A DNA stretch of 50,708 bases from NCBI GenBank assembly GCA_016203305.1, contig JACQMY010000039.1, positions 1 through 50,708 on the forward strand. The letters are read 5' to 3'. Below, piece after piece: positions 47,579 to 50,708 of this stretch; the stretch's first letter is position 1, and each line of letters begins with the position of its first letter. The position numbers and the translations under genes are program-made. The notes under the pieces are model-generated. The model had not been told where the DNA came from. It did not search any database and was given only the letters and a program-made list of their open reading frames with translations. The DNA comes from Candidatus Woesearchaeota archaeon (lineage in GTDB: Archaea > Nanobdellota > Nanobdellia > Woesearchaeales > ARS49).

Positions 47579-47747
47579 TCGGAATGCCACCAGTCTGATA
47601 TGACTGGTGGTTTTGCTTGCGCAAACCACAATAGGGTGGCATTCCGAGCATGCTCAAGAACCACCGCTATTTTCTATGAGCACTTATAGTGCCCATCATG
47701 CCACCGGTGTTGAGCGAGCGCAGCGAGCGATCACCGGTGGTTCTTGA
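47579..47747 (-). mobile_element. Two-hairpin REP/MITE-like element, copy 2 (inverted)
   Basis: TCGGAATGCCACC..GGTGGCATTCCGA-GCATGC-TCAAGAACCACCG..CGGTGGTTCTTGA. Confidence 0.7.
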
Positions 47748-47804
47748 CATTTTGAACATGCCGTATTTTTTCCCATGCTGCCGAGCATATTCACGCTGCC
47801 CTCT

Positions 47805-50708
47805 TCATTTACTAGGATGTTTAGAACTTTGTCTATTCCTGCGTGGCTTACCATTCCACATAAAAAGTTGAGCGGGCCTTCCAGTGGTATTAGTTCTAGC
47901 CGTTGCGTGTTTCCCAGAATGAACCCTTTTGAACTTCAGCGTAGCTAGCAAGACAAGCACTGCAAAAACAAGTCCAACAGACCGCACATTCCCCAACCAA
48001 TCGCGAAACACCCAAACAGGATTTGCAGAAGACCCCTGCGCATCCCTTTCTTTCATGGCAGCAACAATTGACTCCTGACGGTTGGCTATTGGCTGTCGGA
48101 CATTGGCTATTGGTGGTTGGCTAGTAGCTATTGGCTGCTTGCCAGTAGTTGGTAGTGGGTAGTTTGTAGTTTGTGAAAGCTTTGCCAAAGCCAAAGACAC
48201 CTGCCTGTTGAAAACAACCAACACCTGAACACGCAAGTCAGAAACACCATCACCAGACACATCAACATCCTTAGACTGACCAGCAGACAACACAAACTCC
48301 TGCAGAACACTCTGAACGCTCAACAACACACGATCATACTCAACGTCCAAAACAGTCAACAAGTGCGCCCCCCCATTAACATCAAAAATCACACTATCCA
48401 ACTCGCCCAAATAAGGAGTAACAAAAGCATCAGACGTCATTACAAACTCTCTACCAACCTGAACCGGAGCAGACACTATAGGACGTGACGCACCACCACC
48501 GCCACCCCCTCCAGAAGGAACCCCTGGAGTTGGCGGAACAACAGCAACATTAACCACCGTAAGCTCAGAAACAACAACAGAACCATTGCCACCAGACAAG
48601 TTCTGGAACGAAACGTTCACAGAGTTGTTTAACGTTCCGCTTGCGCCTGCACTCACGTTCACAGTGATGTTGACAGTCGTGCTACTGCCTGAAGAAAGAT
48701 TGCCCAAGAACCAAGTATTGTTGCCAACACTGGGAACAGGCTGAGAATTGTTGAACACCACACTACTTGGATACAATTCAACCAAAGTAACGTTGAATGC
48801 AGTCTCGCTGCCTGTGTTGTTGATCGTGACAGTGTAAGATAATGCAGAACCATTATTCACAGGATCAGGACTATCCGACTTAGACACGCTAATCGTAACA
48901 TTACCCAACTCACCAGCAGCATAACTCGTGAAGCTAGAAACGTTAAAGACATACACGCCGCCAGTAAAGCTCACCTCAACACACTGCGGAGGATTACACT
49001 GTTCAAACACGCCGTCATCGTTGAAATCAACACGCGGACGAGGGTCGGTGAAAGACAAACCACGCAATGTGATCTGAGCAGACGTGTTCAGGAAGGACAA
49101 GTTGGTGCTGTTCACAAAAGTATTATTGCTGCTGACGTTGAACTTTGCACGAGTTATACTGTGAGCTCCCGACATGGTGAAATTGCCGAAAAATAGACTG
49201 CCATTACGAGTGAAAAAAGTCGTGCTGTTAAATTCTGCCAAAGTATTGACGCCTGTAGAAGCCCAAACAGGCGCGACAACATCCAGCAGACCAATCTGAA
49301 GAACACTCAAGTTCATCACAGTCTCAACCAAAGTCAAACCACTCGAGTTACCAAGATAAGTCAATGTGCTATTGACAATGCGAGCATTAGTAACACCCTG
49401 CGCATACAAACTATGCACCTCCCCTGTCCCATTTGTCCGAACAATAATATTGGAAAGAGTAATCGCTGTTGCATTGGTAAGATTAATCCCAAGAGTCTGG
49501 CTACCAGAAACATTAACCGTAACATTCCTCAAAACAAAGTTAGTACCATTTTGAACTGTAATACCCGCGGCAAAAGGCCCATCAACAACCATTTGTATCG
49601 CACCCCCAAACCCATCACTGGCAGTATCAACAACCGAGAAAATCCACGCCCGCCAGTTTGATCCACTACCTGACAAAAGAACATTATTGTTCCCAAACAC
49701 TACACTAGTCGTGTTGCTAAACTCGACACCAGTATGGTTGCCAGAACTAGAAATCCCAGTGATATTCAACGTCATATTGCCAACAGTCACATTGCTCACA
49801 TTACGCACCAGAACACCAGTGCTCGCGCCATTCCCAGTCAAATTTATAGTGTTGTTATTGATAAAAACGTTCAAAGAATTGTTGACAACAAACCCGCGCA
49901 CGTTCTCACCAACAATCCCCCACATGGTGTTACCAAACGCTTGATTATCACTGCCCGAATCATCCCCATAAACATCCGCATTCACTTTGAGCAAGCTGCC
50001 ACCATCCATCGTATTACCACTGACAACAGAATCAGTGACGAACAACAATCTAATCCATCGCGCCCTATTGGTAGCAGAAGGATTATTGAACGTATTTAAC
50101 TGAACTGTCGGACCAGTGCTATTGACGACCTCCAACCCAGTATACAAGTTCAACGCAGTTCCAAACACAGTATTATTCGCTATCACAATCACTCCAGAAG
50201 AATTGATGAGAATTCCCATAACTGTCCCATCTGAACCGTTAGCAACCAAAATAATGCTCATATTTGTAATGCTGACATTCGTGCTATTGAAAACCTGCAT
50301 TCCAGTCGTAACATTCGACGCGTTCGCCTGAACAGTCGTATTCGTAATAACACTGTTCGACACGTTTGACACATTGATGCCTATCCCGAAATTACCATCT
50401 GTCGAGTTATCGATTACAACGCAGTTGCGAACAGTAACATTTGTACGACTAACTGCAAGTATCCCATACGTCCCATCCCCACCATCCTCATTCCAACGCA
50501 CAGCGAAACCGCCACAGTCAAGCACAACATTACTCGCAAGAATGTTGATCGCAGTAGAAGGACAAGTGATATTCTCAGTCAAAATCGTATCAGAAGCAAT
50601 ACTTAGCGGACAGTCTTCAACAATCAACACATTATTACTCAAAACAGTACTACCATCACTCGCATTCCGATTATCATTAGGAGTAACAGCAACAGACCAA
50701 TTATCACC
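47805..50708 (-). CDS. Large surface glycoprotein (parallel beta-helix, DUF11/Ig-like domain, Gly linker, C-terminal TM); 5' end lies outside the window
   Basis: Frame open to the window edge (GDNWSVAVTPND); many N-x-S/T sequons; KSDSPDPV..LSYTVTINNTG; GGGGGG linker; TM. Confidence 0.85.
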   Translation of the reverse strand, partial: GDNWSVAVTPNDNRNASDGSTVLSNNVLIVEDCPLSIASDTILTENITCPSTAINILASNVVLDCGGFAVRWNEDGGDGTYGILAVSRTNVTVRNCVVIDNSTDGNFGIGINVSNVSNSVITNTTVQANASNVTTGMQVFNSTNVSITNMSIILVANGSDGTVMGILINSSGVIVIANNTVFGTALNLYTGLEVVNSTGPTVQLNTFNNPSATNRARWIRLLFVTDSVVSGNTMDGGSLLKVNADVYGDDSGSDNQAFGNTMWGIVGENVRGFVVNNSLNVFINNNTINLTGNGASTGVLVRNVSNVTVGNMTLNITGISSSGNHTGVEFSNTTSVVFGNNNVLLSGSGSNWRAWIFSVVDTASDGFGGAIQMVVDGPFAAGITVQNGTNFVLRNVTVNVSGSQTLGINLTNATAITLSNIIVRTNGTGEVHSLYAQGVTNARIVNSTLTYLGNSSGLTLVETVMNLSVLQIGLLDVVAPVWASTGVNTLAEFNSTTFFTRNGSLFFGNFTMSGAHSITRAKFNVSSNNTFVNSTNLSFLNTSAQITLRGLSFTDPRPRVDFNDDGVFEQCNPPQCVEVSFTGGVYVFNVSSFTSYAAGELGNVTISVSKSDSPDPVNNGSALSYTVTINNTGSETAFNVTLVELYPSSVVFNNSQPVPSVGNNTWFLGNLSSGSSTTVNITVNVSAGASGTLNNSVNVSFQNLSGGNGSVVVSELTVVNVAVVPPTPGVPSGGGGGGGASRPIVSAPVQVGREFVMTSDAFVTPYLGELDSVIFDVNGGAHLLTVLDVEYDRVLLSVQSVLQEFVLSAGQSKDVDVSGDGVSDLRVQVLVVFNRQVSLALAKLSQTTNYPLPTTGKQPIATSQPPIANVRQPIANRQESIVAAMKERDAQGSSANPVWVFRDWLGNVRSVGLVFAVLVLLATLKFKRVHSGKHATARTNTTGRPAQLFMWNGKPRRNRQSSKHPSK

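Overview
Archaeal chromosomal segment with standard genetic code, most consistent with a DPANN lineage (Woesearchaeota-like; inferred from gene content). Housekeeping genes: S-layer protein (runs off the left edge), rpl37e/Lsm, rps8e, TyrS, NrdR with class II RNR, PduO, GINS-bcp-rpl44e-rps27e-aIF2a-Nop10-PAC2, enolase, dPGM, Ndk, GT3 glycogen synthase, LspA, SppA, Dph2. Also present: two glycosylation clusters, a base-excision-repair operon (Ogg1-ASCH-SET-Nth-Nudix), four toxin-antitoxin pairs, several single-pass surface proteins and two tRNA genes. No rRNA, CRISPR array or transposase was seen. The most unusual signals are non-coding: (1) at least 8 strand-polarised degenerate 7-mer tracts; (2) a two-hairpin element present twice in opposite orientation with fully compensatory substitutions; (3) a Ser-type tRNA with a T-loop BHB intron and an aberrant anticodon loop. 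Three single-base frameshifts may be consensus errors. All calls come from reading the sequence; no database search was run.
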